This document shows, piece by piece, positions 12,914 through 27,068 of a stretch of 64,000 nucleotides of DNA; position 1 is the first letter of the stretch, and each line of letters begins with the position of its first letter. This stretch comes from Eledone cirrhosa (Eukaryota). The notes under the pieces are model-generated. The model searched no databases and was not told where the DNA came from. It saw only the letters and a program-made list of their open reading frames with translations. The position numbers and the translations under genes are program-made. Location of the stretch: assembly GCA_964016885.1 (NCBI GenBank), contig OZ024746.1, positions 79,174,001 through 79,238,000 on the forward strand. Reading direction: 5' to 3'.

Positions 12914-13409
12914 TAGTAATTATCTATATCAAACTGTATCTTGATCTAAATGTGTGTGGCAGTGGTTATGTGCGTGCATTAATATCCATGTGCTTATGAT
13001 AATATTATATCCACATATATATGTGTGTGGGTGTGTGTGTGTGTGTGTATGTTCGTAATTATGTGTATGTTTATGCATATACGCGCGTGTGTGTGTGAGT
13101 GTACGGATATGTGTGAGTATGTGAATATGTGTATACACTTATTTCATATTGAAGTGTCTATACGCATTTTATCTGTGGATTATAAACTTACAGAGACATT
13201 AGCCTTGAATTTTTGTATTTGCATACATCTTTTTGGCATGCGTATGCATGTTGAGCATATATCTTTGTATAAATATGTGTACGAAGTTAGTTACATGTAT
13301 ATACACACACCAAACTGCATAACATTTTTTGTATTTTCATTGGTCAATTTGAACTCCGTTCCCAAACGGACCTGAAATTTTGAATTGTTGTTATTATCAA
13401 TAAATATAT

Positions 13410-13564
13410 TTCATTATTTCTGAAGACGGCATATATGTGTGTTTGGTATGTATATTTAATCTTGATAGTTTGTATAATTTTGTATAATTTTGTACATAGA
13501 TCTGTTGAATATGCATGCCAATTCTAACACATATATATCCTAGAAACGATCGTTAAATAATGAA
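13410..13564 (+). ncRNA. Type I hammerhead ribozyme, copy in inverted pLTR
   Basis: Reverse complement of 7543-7697. Confidence 0.8.
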
Positions 13565-13618
13565 CTTTTTTTGTTTAATATAAGGAACTGTTTCATTGTT
13601 TTATTCATTATTTGTTTA

Positions 13619-13673
<55 letters not shown>

Positions 13674-13931
13674 TCATATTTCTATTGTCTCATTAACAAC
13701 CCGTCATTTATAGACATGTATCTCTTTTAGGTCATGAGTGACAGCTGATCAATTTATAAATTTCACTAATGTCGACATCACATCCTAATACAAATTAGAT
13801 TTATACCTCACTGTTTAAGCGAATATGACAACAAATAATTTACTTCTTTACTATTACTACTGCTACTGCTACTGCTATTGTTGTGAGCAATTCTAATAAG
13901 CATACATACATACATATACATACATGTATGT

Positions 13932-13962
<31 letters not shown>

Positions 13963-14643
13963 CGTATACATACATACACATACATACATATTTACATACA
14001 TACACACACACACACATATACATACATACATACATACATACATACATACATACATACATACATACATACATACATACATACACACACATACACACATACT
14101 TGCATATATACATACATATATGTATTTACATGTGTGTTTGTATGTATGTGTGTGCGTATATGTATGTATGTGTATATGTATGTACGTATGTATGTATGTA
14201 TATGTATGTATGAATAAATGTATGTATGTATGTGTATGTAAATGTATGTCTGTATGAATAAATGTATGTATGTATGTTTGTATGAATGTATGCATGTATG
14301 TATGCATGTGTGTGTATATATATGTATGAATGAATGAATGTATGTATGTGTGTGTATATGTATGTATGCATTAATGTATGTATGTATGTATATATGTGTG
14401 TATATGTATGTATTTATCTAGCACTCTATCTTTACCCCTCTCTCTTTCTACACACACACACATATAAGTCTAAATGTAACTATGCATATATACATTAAAA
14501 TACGCATTTCAACATGAATACTAATGAGCGTGAGTACACGTACAAACACAGACATACATACACACATACACACACACATATACATATATACATACATATA
14601 TATATATAAATATATATATATGTATGCATATATTTATGTCCAC

Positions 14644-14694
<51 letters not shown>

Positions 14695-14998
14695 AGAGAG
14701 ATGGAGAGAGTGAGAGAGATTTTGAATAAAACGCCTACCTTTATCGGTCTTCTTATTCGTTTCGAATAAGAAAACCGATAAAGGTAGGCGAAGAAGTTAT
14801 TACAGCTCAAAATATTTGATTTATTACAGTAAACTACTCAGAAGAATACAATTCTATTTCTATTAATTCCTTATATCAAATGTTTAAGTTCACCCTTAGA
14901 GCAAATATTACACTGAAAATAAGACCAATGTCTGTTAATTATATATAATTAATTAAGAAAAATATAATTAATTAAGAAAAATATTAATTTTTACCGTA

Positions 14999-15215
14999 AA
15001 AGGAACGATCGACTTTCGTCAAATCGGACAGAGGGAACAATGTTTCCGTTGGTCTTTCCAACTGCTAATACTATCTATCGGTCGCAACTCCAGGTAGAAG
15101 GAGCAACGTGAAATAAAGTGTCTTGCTCAAGGACATAACGCATCACCTGGTCCAGGAATCGAACTCACAACCTTACGATTGCGAATCCAATTCTCTAACC
15201 ACTCAGCCACACGCC
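14999..15215 (-). mobile_element. tRNA-derived CORE-like SINE
   Basis: Minus strand: tggctgagtggttag (A box), gagttcgattcc (B box), gtccttgagcaagacactt (CORE-like). Related copy at ~54890-55110(-). Confidence 0.75.
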
Positions 15216-15280
15216 TTCTCCGTTGGTGTAATCTTACATAAAAAATGAATCGAAGAGGTAAAATTGTTTCTTGTATTTTT

Positions 15281-15379
15281 TTTTAAATTCTGATGAACCC
15301 AATCATTTGTTCATATAATTAACTAACTAATAATTAATTATATGTCGTATGACATGGACGAAACGTGTGTTAGTTAAAA
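15281..15379 (+). ncRNA. Probable degenerate hammerhead
   Basis: ttttaaatt-CTGATGA-long imperfect stem-GAAA-cgtgtg-TT-agttaaaa, followed by a short tail and (TA)n. Confidence 0.5.
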
Positions 15380-15412
15380 TATAATATTATTAACAGTTTT
15401 TGGTCTTCTTTT

Positions 15413-15460
<48 letters not shown>

Positions 15461-15516
15461 CGTTCCCGTGTCGTTTCAATTTGAATTGCCTCGGGAAGGT
15501 AACCTTATTATGTAAG

Positions 15517-15595
15517 AAGCTGTCTGAGGAGGTCATGGCACTGGGTACACGGAATCGTGTGGCCACTGTCGTCATTGAAATATGTATCACATCTT
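15517..15595 (+). ncRNA. Type I hammerhead ribozyme
   Basis: aagctgt-CTGAGGA-ggtcatggcactgg..ccactgtcgtcatt-GAAA-tatgta-TC-acatctt. Confidence 0.75.
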
Positions 15596-15638
15596 ATCAA
15601 TAAAGGACTTTAACATCTGAAACTACTTCACATTTTCC

Positions 15639-15743
<105 letters not shown>

Positions 15744-15823
15744 CTCTACGGTTCATATATATTTGATATATATTTATCCTTATCGAGCCCTCTTTGGATT
15801 TTAGTCTTCAAATTTATTATTAT

Positions 15824-15881
<58 letters not shown>

Positions 15882-17184
15882 GTGTGTGTGTATGTGTCTC
15901 CGGGATTGTAAACATGCTGCTCCACCCCTTAATACTTTGTCAGTTTGTGTATTTGCATTTTATTTTGTACTGGATATAGTTTAATGTAAATAATTGTTTT
16001 TTTATGATACCCACCTTGGGTATCAGTTTTACCCTCTAGCCTTAGGTTGATCAATGCAGGAATTTCATTGGATGGTCAGAGAGTGGGATTGGTCGAGTGC
16101 AAGGACTTTCCCCACTTAAAAAAACCTTTAAAGCACAGGCATTGCTTGTTCAGGATCTGTTACAGGTTCACGTCGCTGGCCGTAACATAAAAGTGCACCA
16201 AATTCTATAATCTGACAAGCGATTGCAATACTCTTAGCATAAGTTGCAGCGATCATGTATGTATGTTCTTCTGGTTTTATAATTTCACAAAGTTTTACCA
16301 ATAGAGAGAGAGTCGGTTTCTAACATAGACACAAGACTCTCTCATTGGAATTTACACAACATCAACTAGGTAGATATGTATATATGCATGCATGTGTAGA
16401 TATGGATTTTAAAGTTTGATTACCTTCTTCGTTATTTGTCTTCGATACTTCCTTAATTTTCTTGTTGATGTTGTGTTCAGCCATGCTGTTTGTAGCAAAT
16501 CCTTGTAAAATGAATTATGTATTTAGTCGGATATCTCTACGAATTCGAATAAAAGGTGTCTGCAGAAGGGATAGTTAGAAGAATAACCAGTTATTCAACC
16601 TGGCTGTAGTTGTGGCATTACTGTCGGAGATAGTATTCATCTTAAATTTAATAAATAGTCTCCCACGCCAAAATATGCGACTGATCGCGTTGACTGATGT
16701 ATGTATGTATGTATGTATCTATGTATGTATGTATGTATGTATGTATGTATGCATGCATGTATGTATGTATGTATGTATGTATGTATGTATGTATGTATGT
16801 ATGTATGTATGTATGTATGTATGTATGTTTGTTTGTATGTATGTAATTGCATACGATTAGCAATTAAGTCAGAGTTACACTCTTTTATTAGTTTCTCACG
16901 ATTTCCTTTCTCTGCTTTTTTTTTATTTACGTATTTATGTATTTTCTAATTCGATATTTTACTATTTGTTCTTTGTATTGATTCTCTTCCACTGAATTAT
17001 CCGTTTGCTCTCAGTTACACTATATAATTCCATAGAATCAGCTCACTCAGCACATTGTAATGCTATTACAATTTAACATGTCTGCCGTCTTCATTCCATT
17101 TTAATTCGATGTATGGTCAACACTTTTTATGTCTGTTTCACACTCTCTCTCTCTTTTTCTCCCTGTTTCACCCCCCTCTCTCTC

Positions 17185-17228
<44 letters not shown>

Positions 17229-17236
17229 GACACATT

Positions 17237-17316
<80 letters not shown>

Positions 17317-17328
17317 TATACACACACA

Positions 17329-17479
<151 letters not shown>

Positions 17480-17519
17480 TTGTTTGTACTGCCTCTCTGT
17501 TTTGTTCCCGTTCAATTTT

Positions 17520-17563
<44 letters not shown>

Positions 17564-17770
17564 AATATAATTTCAGCGAGAATTTATTTCGCCTGTGGTC
17601 AAAAATAAAGCGAAACGCAATTTTGGAGATATGCGGCAAGCGCTCAAAGGACTAAAGTAGGACCAGAGCAATTAACATACGTTATAGAGGCCAGACAAAC
17701 TGAAAACGGCGGTCATGAAGCATCAGTCACCGGAGCAACAAAAAAAAAACGAAGCAAGCTAAACATGTTA

Positions 17771-17831
<61 letters not shown>

Positions 17832-17832
17832 A

Positions 17833-17901
<69 letters not shown>

Positions 17902-18714
17902 TCTCCCTCTCTCTCTCACTCTCTCTCTCTTTCTCCATCTCTCTCTCTTTCTCTCTGACTCTTTCATTTTCTTTCTCTCCCACTTTCTCCAAACCATCTC
18001 TCTTTCTGTTTCAGTTTCATTTCATTGTGTCAATCGTATCATTACAGTTACTATACAGAAATGTTTGACACGGAAAGTCAATGACTATTTTATTTATTTA
18101 TTTATACTCAGTAGAGCACTGTTAATTGTTAACACTGCACTCCATTTCTTTTGTTTTCTTTTGAAATGGAGTTTCTAACGTTGAATGATCATGAAATAAA
18201 TTGTAGTACTTTAAAACGTTGTTTTGTTTTCTCATCTTACTGTATACTACTCAAGTTTTTACCCATGTATTACTAATTAGTATTGCACCGACTTTCCCAA
18301 AACAATCATAACCATTAATTATTTATTTATTTATCTATTTATTTATATATGGAGAAGTTACGTGAGTAAACACGATTACAGAAATCGTACGCAATAGGTA
18401 CTCTAATCTAGTTTTCCATCTTGTAGTTTAATTTGCATTGTACGAGCTTTCTAACAACAATCATAACTATTTAATTATTTCACGTTGCTCTAGTCTTCTC
18501 TAATAAATAAATTACAACGAGACTGTTGCCAAGCTGTATCGGCGTTTACCTTTCCCCTGGACAACATAAATGTCACATAGAAGGTAGAGAGAATGGCATG
18601 CATAGAGAGAATTGAGAGGAACCCCATGATCTGTCAGTGATGGGTAAAAAACCCATAGCCAACCATGACCAAAGTAGGTTGGGTGGGGGGACCTTTCCTT
18701 TCCAACTATAATTA

Positions 18715-18900
18715 GTGGATTGGCAGTATCGGTAGAGGGGCGGACGCCATGCTTTCCAGCATAGTTACGTCCCTTTACGATCTGAGTTCAAATCCCGCCG
18801 AGGTTAACTTTGCCTTTCATCCTCACGGGGTCGATAAAATAAAGTATCAGTAATGCACTGGGTAATTGCTGGCCTTGTGCCTAAAGTAGAAACAATTATT
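18715..18900 (+). mobile_element. tRNA-derived SINE (Nin/Deu-like)
   Basis: A-box-like tggcagtatcgg, B-box gagttcaaatcc, conserved core, att tail. Confidence 0.85.
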
Positions 18901-18935
18901 ACTTCATTGATCATAGAAATACACATGGGGAGTAT

Positions 18936-19123
18936 ATAATTGTTTCTACTTTTGGCACAAGGCCAGCAATTATCTCTCAGTGTATTACTGGTACTTTATT
19001 TTATCGACCCCGTAAGGATGAAAGGCAAAGTTAACCTCGGCGAGATTTGAACTCAGGCCATAAAGGGCCGTAACTCTTTGCTGTAAAGCATGGCGTCCGA
19101 CCCTCTGTCGATACTGCCAATCC
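18936..19123 (-). mobile_element. tRNA-derived SINE, tail-to-tail with the previous copy
   Basis: Reverse-complement copy. Confidence 0.85.
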
Positions 19124-20979
19124 CTGACGTTGAACGAACGAGCGGCGAATATTCAAAATAGAAGGCTAGATTCTCACCTCAATTAACCTTAGAACTGCTT
19201 ATGGCATATTCTCCAGCTAGAAACATTTTGGTATCTTAGAATTTCGTGCTTTGTTGTTGAAATCAATCCTGAAAGCTAATGTTTCATTTACTTGGCCATT
19301 TTAGCATCATATTCTGCTATATGCTTTCTCATATCGAATAAAAAATACAATCGGTGGGGGAGGGGGTGGGGTCATATTGGGTTGGCGGAGCGGTGGGTAC
19401 AACGACTTTATAGAAACAACTGAGTGCTGGAATGAATGAAATCCGACGGACTTCTACACAGTTTCTGACTATCCAATTTAAGTAAAAATGTATGGATCGA
19501 CCTAAGACTATGGTTAAAGACACTAGCCCAAGATGCCACGTAGTAGAACCAAACTCAGTACCTTATATTTGAAAAAGGAACTTTTAACGACTCGACCATG
19601 CCATAAACATAAGTATCAATTAATTCTGTAAATTTGAAGAATGAAATGAGATAGCTCACCTTTTCATTAGTAAGCTGTTATTAAAAAAAAAATTACTTTG
19701 CAAAAATTTCTTAAAACGTAAATGAATCTTCGTCGATCTCGATTAACTGAATGGCGTATTCATTGAATTATAACGTAAATAGCTGGGTTTACCACAGACC
19801 CGTGTATATTTAACATAATTCTAAGGTAGTGTCAACGAGACACATATTATGACATGTCTGGCGCCTTGAACTGTTGGTTCCATTTACCATATTACTATCA
19901 GAAGATTTTGGTAAGAAATATTTATTCAACATGTCATCAAATAGTATCCATGTGGCGGGTTATGATTACAAAATGAACTTCTGAACAACTCAGTCGTGTC
20001 ACACACATACAGCCACATATAAACTAGACCCAAACATACATAAACAACACACACACACACACACACACATACACACACATACCAAACACATTTACAACAT
20101 ATGTGTTTACAAGTGAGTTTGGTTGTGAATTTTTATACTTGAAAATATATTTGAGATTATTATGACATTAAGTATGTATGCACGCGTTTTTGTGTATATA
20201 TTTCCTTCTCTGTTTGTGTGCGTGTCAGTGAATGAGTGTTTGTGTGTATACTTCTCAGTGTATATATGTGTGTATGTATATACATGCTGTTGTGCGTATA
20301 TGTGTCCGATTGTGCTTTTCTCTGTCGCATTGCCAATCTTTGTTATATTTTTGTAAAGTTACATCTTTCTTTCTTTCTTTCTTTCCTTCCTTTCTTCTTT
20401 CTTTCTTTCTTTCTTTCTGTCTTTCTTCCTTTCCTTCTTTTTCATTCCATTATATTTTTGTCTATATTACTTCCACGATATCTCTCCCACGTCTATCGTC
20501 CTTTTCCATATTCTTTTTCAATACCCAACTCTCTCACTTATCCCTATCTCTCTAATTCTTCCACCACCTCTCTCTCAGCCTTTTCTCTGTATCTACTTTC
20601 TTCCCTACCACCTCCTTCCTCACTATATCTTTACAACTAGATAATTTATTCTGTATCGCTACTAAAATTCGATGATTTATGCATGAACTAAGTAGTCTCG
20701 ACTTGGGGTTTTAAGCTATGGCATCAAGTTGTCTATTGAAAAGCAGAGCCATGATGTGTGGAGTGAAGAGGCTGTTGTCTCAATTGATCGTCTGCTCTCT
20801 CAATGGCACATTATATTAAGCACAGTTCAACACCCGCTAATGTTTTGGCTTTAATATATCAGTGCATAAGCGCATAATTATGTTTGTATAAGTGCGGCGC
20901 ACATATGTATGTATGTATATAGGTATATATGTATGTGTGTGTGTATGTATGTGTGTATGTATGCATGTATTTGGGTATC

Positions 20980-21568
20980 CACTGGTTCTCGTATGTTCCA
21001 GCCAGAGTAACAGAGGTTTTGGAACAAGCTGACACACTCAGTTATCGTCCTTCACGACTGAAATGTGGGGGCTGGCGAGAGAAACTAGTGGAGAAGAAAA
21101 TATATGAAGGATGTCGATCACTCCATGCAAAGAAAATAAGCTGGGCAAAGACCAAAAGAGCTGTCCATAAGGGAGAGAAAATAGACCCAGCGGTTCCTCA
21201 GTTTGTTCGCCATGAGTGTGGTCGAATATGCCTGCCAAACGTAGGACTCCAAAGCTACCTCAGGAGTCACATAGACAGCCCGCCAACAGATTGTGCCAAG
21301 TTTATTGTTGCAGACCCACTTATTTGTGATGTATGCGGCAAAATCCGCAAGATCTGCCGTGGACTCTCAAGTCAACTTAAAGACCCATAAGGATCATTCA
21401 ATTGAGAGGCCTAACAACCACGTAGTAAATACAGATTCGGATTTAGTTTATAGACTTTATGGCAAACTCTGTAAGTCTCTCACCGGCTTCAAATGTCATT
21501 GCCGATCTCACGTTCGTAAGAACAACCCGCTGTAAGTCAATCTGTCCTGACGAGTGAACAGCTGTCAT
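20980..21568 (+). mobile_element. RTE-clade LINE 3' remnant with several decayed C2H2 fingers, (ATGT)n tail
   Basis: ECGRICLPNVGLQSYLRSH, ICDVCGK and GKLCKSLTGFKCHCRSH, then a short UTR and (TATG)n. Confidence 0.6.
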
Positions 21569-22759
21569 GTATGTATGTATGTATGTATGTATGTATGTAT
21601 GTATGTATGTATGTATGTATGTATGTATGTATGTATGTATGTATGTATGTATATTGCGTAACGACCGTTTCACTAACAATTCTGCGAGCAGCTGTGGTAA
21701 TTTGCGAATGTTTATCCACAGAGGATTGCATAGTTATTATAGATGGACTCAAACGGCTGTGTCACTTTATCAGTTTGATGTAAACAAATCGGAATTCAGA
21801 GTTAATCTACCTCACTTTATTAAGACTGAACCGTTATATATTCCGAGAAACATATATAAGATGAAAATAAAGAAATAAATACTGACTAAAGGGAGTAAAT
21901 GAGAGGGGAGAAAGTGACAAAAGAAAAACAGTGGAGCTTGTAAAAATGTGGGTAAATATTGCATGTATTATCGGATGAGGTTGTCTGCTGGACATAGGGC
22001 CTCTATAGTCCAATAAAAATACTAGTAATAATAAAGAGAGAAAATTCACAAATACATGAATAAACATGAGAAAAAATATATATACATATAAGGCAGAAAG
22101 TTAAATCTCCTCACCCCTCTTTCTCTCTTTCACTCCCTTCCCTCCACCGCAGTCTCTATATATACATATGATATATATATATATAATTAGATTACATCTA
22201 CACACATAAAATGTATATTGATTATGTTACGCAACAAAGAAAGCTCAATGAAGATTAAGCTCAGAGCATAATTTAGATGCCTAATTCAAACTACATACAA
22301 CATCTTTTCCATATATCTAGTAGAGAAATAACTAGTATTATGTACATATATAAAGAATTTCAAATAATATATGTAGTTTAGCACTACGCAGTTTTATTCG
22401 ATTGTCTTACTTGGGCAGGTAACTAGTTAATGTGCAGAGTGAGATATATATAGACAAGTCCTTAATCACTTACTGATGAATAAGATTCCTTGGTCTTAAT
22501 GATGCTTGCTACTAAGATCGATAATTATTGATTGAGCCCAATCATTAAATCGGTTATAAGCATCATATTTTGGTATTTGTTCATGAAAAGTCCGTGTATA
22601 TGAAATTTAGGCAATCTTTGTTTGATTCTTTCTTTAATATTTGAAGTTGTATATGTATGTACATAATACTACTTTTTTCTCAACTAGATCAATGGAAAAC
22701 AATTTTGTATCTCGTTTAGAATTGTATATATACATATATATTTACATATATATATACAT

Positions 22760-22863
<104 letters not shown>

Positions 22864-23508
22864 GTTTGTGTGTGTGTGTGTGTTGGACGTAGCTAGCCGC
22901 ACATATGTCGTATGGAACAGATCGTCATGCATTTGACGCGAGGTATATTATCACAAAAATACCCAACAAACAATGAAACATTTAGAAAATCGAGAGCTAC
23001 TATTACATTACACACTATCGAAAGACTTAACGAAATAAGCAAAAATGAAATATATCATATACATCTATAAGGAGCAATGTTTCTGGAAACCGAACATGCA
23101 ACGTGCTTCATCCACTAACTGTTATGACAGATCAGCTTAAGCTGTTAGCCACCCTCTATGCTGGTTTGGTCATTGCTTCGAATGGAATGAATGCGTGGGA
23201 CATATCGAATGAAATCTTTATTGTTTATTAATCATTCTTAACGTAAAAGTCAGAATATCACCCCCAACCCTACCCCACCGCACCAAGAACTCAGCTGTGC
23301 AGTGGAATATAGATAAATAAATAAATAAAAGTGAAACGCAGGAGTATTTAATATAGGATATACACATACGTGTATGCAACGTAATACATCTTTATTGACA
23401 AAATTGTTCAAGAAATGATTACCAATAATTTAGAAATTTCAGAGATGTGATATTTGTGTTATATGATAAGATATGGAACATATTCAAAGTACACAGAAAA
23501 ATCGCATG

Positions 23509-23563
<55 letters not shown>

Positions 23564-23850
23564 AATATATATAAATATTGTTATACTTTGGGAGGGTCAT
23601 GTTGCCAATATCGGTTTCAACACACGATTTCAGATAAAGAATCTTGCTAAACAAATTCAGAAACGAAATATATATAAATATATATATGGATATATATAAT
23701 AAATACAATATCGGAGAAAGCTTTTTAGCGATACTCCGGCCAAATTCCAACTCACTCAACAAACATTAGGAAATAAGTGATTATATTCCTAATTAAGCAT
23801 TCGGGGTGCTAACTAAAAGTATTGCGTGGAAAATTGGCTGTATTATTTCA

Positions 23851-23951
<101 letters not shown>

Positions 23952-23974
23952 AATATATATAAATATATATATGT

Positions 23975-24102
<128 letters not shown>

Positions 24103-24248
24103 CTTTCTCTCCGTCTTTTTCTAATTGTCCTTAACACTATGACTTATTAAAGTAATATAAACAAATCACTATCCGGATGACTTCCAAAAACAATGGTTGC
24201 ATTTTAATAGGGTACGTCAAAGCTTATTTGTAAAACTGTTATATATTG

Positions 24249-24313
24249 TATTTTGTCTGATGAAGGCATACCATAATTTAATTTGGTATCCCTGAAATAT
24301 GTATAATGAAATA
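24249..24313 (+). ncRNA. Minimal type I hammerhead ribozyme (family F)
   Basis: tattttgt-CTGATGA-aggcatacca..tggtatccct-GAAA-tatgta-TA-atgaaata, inside a TA-flanked island at ~24095-24355. Confidence 0.82.
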
Positions 24314-24352
24314 AATATGGTTTTATAAATATAGTTTCCATTTATTAATATC

Positions 24353-24387
<35 letters not shown>

Positions 24388-24630
24388 GTATTGTATGGTT
24401 GGGTTTCGCCTGCCGCAATTTTCAATTTGTCAAGCTAGCTACACGTAATGTTATTACTCTGAGGACCTACTCTTATTGACTGCTTTGCTACTCATTCCTA
24501 ATTGTAGGTCGACTTTGCTTGGCCACTGCCAAAGCTTCGATTTTACTAAGCTTCCACTTGTATATACGTATAAATATTAAATTCAAAGGAAATACTGTAT
24601 ATATTTTATCTAATAGTTCTTCAAATTTGC

Positions 24631-24677
<47 letters not shown>

Positions 24678-24696
24678 GTATTGTATGTTTGGGTGG

Positions 24697-24968
24697 TTAG
24701 TCTACGACTTCTGCTATACCATTTACGTGGTTTTGTCTTTGCGTGCTATTGTTCTCCACGCTCCACATATGACGCATTATCTTCGTTTTTTTCGTTCATT
24801 ACCAGAGAACGTCTCTATGAACCACCTAAGAGAACATTAGTCTACGACCTCTTTTATACCATAAACGTGGTTCTGTCTTTGCGCGTAATTGTTTTTCTCC
24901 GCTCATATTAATGACGTATTATATTCGTTTTTTCCCGTTCTTTGCCAGCGAACGTTTCCACGAACCAA
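24697..24968. repeat. ~140-bp tandem duplication
   Basis: ttagtctacgac..acgtggtt.tgtctttgcg starts at 24697 and again at 24837. Confidence 0.75.
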
Positions 24969-25045
24969 AGTATCGTCTTCCTGTCTTCCCCCGGTTGCAA
25001 CGTTTTTTGAAATATCCACTTCTGCGTTTACAGATTGACTTTGTT

Positions 25046-25096
25046 AGTTTCAGAAGATCCCGTTAAGGGTGAAAGCAGCGATTCTTTGCTTAAACT
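25046..25096 (+). ncRNA. Hammerhead with one core substitution (CAGAAGA)
   Basis: agttt-CAGAAGA-tccc gttaa gggt-GAAA-gca..tgc-TT-aaact, followed by (TA)n. Confidence 0.55.
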
Positions 25097-25174
25097 TTAA
25101 TCTGTTATTTTAATAAATATATATATATATATATATTATATATAAGATCAAAAGATGGTTAAAAGAGTTCCATG

Positions 25175-25245
25175 TATTTTATAATGCGCATTTCAAAAAC
25201 AAATATCATCATGGGATGATATTTGCGTTCTCATCAGATAAAATA
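25175..25245 (-). ncRNA. Minimal type I hammerhead ribozyme
   Basis: tattttat-CTGATGA-gaacgcaaatatcatc ccat gatgatatttgttttt-GAAA-tgcgca-TT-ataaaata. Confidence 0.88.
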
Positions 25246-25365
25246 GGGAAACATGATATGAAGCTTAAAAAACACTTGCGAGCAGTGAAGTGTTAAATCA
25301 ACATATGGAGTGCTACTTATCCGATATTTGCATTGCTTTATTGTGCTACAATAAAACTCACCTCC

Positions 25366-25466
<101 letters not shown>

Positions 25467-25740
25467 ATATAAGAATTTATATTCGAAATGAGTTGTTGAT
25501 TTGAGATTTTTTCCTCTATTTACGTTGCTTCACCCTTCGTATCTGTTTACACCCCCCCCCCTTTTTATCCCAAATAACTTATTTTAGTTATTGTTCGCCC
25601 TAGGCTGAGGTATCTTGTCTTTAACGCGAAGAAATACCTATGATTCCTAGCAGACAACTGATGATGGATATTACCCTCTTTCGCCCGTAACTTTTATTTT
25701 CATCATACTTAATTTCAACCACACAGCTCGCCATTTTCTT

Positions 25741-25804
<64 letters not shown>

Positions 25805-25958
25805 AACACCGATTAATGCTAAGGCATAACCATATTTCTACAAATAGAATGTGTGAGATGCTTCACGGATAACTTTCATGAAAATAACAGTAATTTTAAC
25901 AAGTACCTAGCCTGCAGGAACAGGCAGTCGGTGAATGACCAGAGATTTGAACGATATG

Positions 25959-26048
<90 letters not shown>

Positions 26049-26312
26049 TCTCTCTCTCTCTAGAGAGAGAGAAAGAGATAAAGGCGAAGCATTTCTGAAT
26101 TGTGGGGGGAGCGCGGTAAATTTGGTCAATTTAGTTGTAGTGATTAGTTTAGCTCTTTGTACTTTAAAATGGTCAGAAAACTTCGATATGCGATAAATAT
26201 AACATGTACATAAATTGTGGAGCATATCCAGATAGTTTTCGTAGTTTAGGTAGTTTAGGGAGACAAATATAATTATTGGGAGGGGCATGCCCCCACCCCA
26301 ATTCCACCGTCA

Positions 26313-26347
<35 letters not shown>

Positions 26348-26389
26348 TCGAAAAATATTCTTACTTGATATATATATATATATATATAA

Positions 26390-26641
26390 AGGAACGATCG
26401 ACTTTCGTCAAATCGGACCGAGGGAACAGTGTTTCCGTTGGTCTTTCCAATTGCTAATACTATCTATCGGTCGCAACTCCAAGTAGAAGGAGCAACGTGA
26501 AATAAAGTGTCTTGCTCAAGACACTTTATTTCACGTTGCTCCTTCTACCTGGAGTTGCGACCGATAGATAGTATTAGCAATTGGAAAGACCAACGGAAAC
26601 ACTGTTCCCTCGGTCCGATTTGACGAAAGTCGATCGTTCCT
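26390..26641. mobile_element. Fold-back palindrome of the CORE-like SINE 3' half, in (TA)n
   Basis: 125-bp arms, 2-nt loop (cttg-ct-caag), one mismatch seen. The arm equals ~15001-15131. Confidence 0.88.
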
Positions 26642-26984
26642 ATAATATATATATACGTATATATAATTTTTTTCAATTTGGCAGTGTACTCGATTCTACT
26701 TCGTTCTACTACTATCGAGCTACTTCGCATCTGGTAAGAAACTGGTATTATACCCAATTTCTTCACCCCCTACACACACACACACACATACACTCACACA
26801 CACGCACACACACACACACACACAGACACACATACACACACCACACACACACATATATATATATATACATGCATTTATTATCACTATTGGTGAGATTCCT
26901 TACTTTAAAGTCTCACCTGCGCACTCACTGCGTGTAACAATAAATATTTGGTATATGTTGACGAAACTTCCTGGTTTTTTTCAT

Positions 26985-27062
<78 letters not shown>

Positions 27063-27068
27063 TATATA

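Larger units (their letters stand above)
7345..13627 (-). mobile_element. Penelope-like retroelement, 5'-truncated, with inverted 5' pseudo-LTR, inserted in (TA)n
   Basis: RT + GIY-YIG ORF at 11222-12859. 7480-8173 and 12934-13627 are 694-bp near-identical inverted copies, each with a hammerhead. 7345-7479 is an unduplicated 3' tail. (TA)n lies on both flanks. Confidence 0.92.

Noticed and set aside
14999-15215. tRNA gene
   Set aside because: A/B boxes are followed by a SINE core and tail, and there is no complete cloverleaf.
22473-22600. CTGATGA..GAAA possible hammerheads (also at 44617 and 24459)
   Set aside because: Stems I and III could not be paired convincingly.
23700-23770. KYNIGESFLAIL resembling the PLE NIGKKF motif
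   Set aside because: Only a few residues, and the similarity does not extend.
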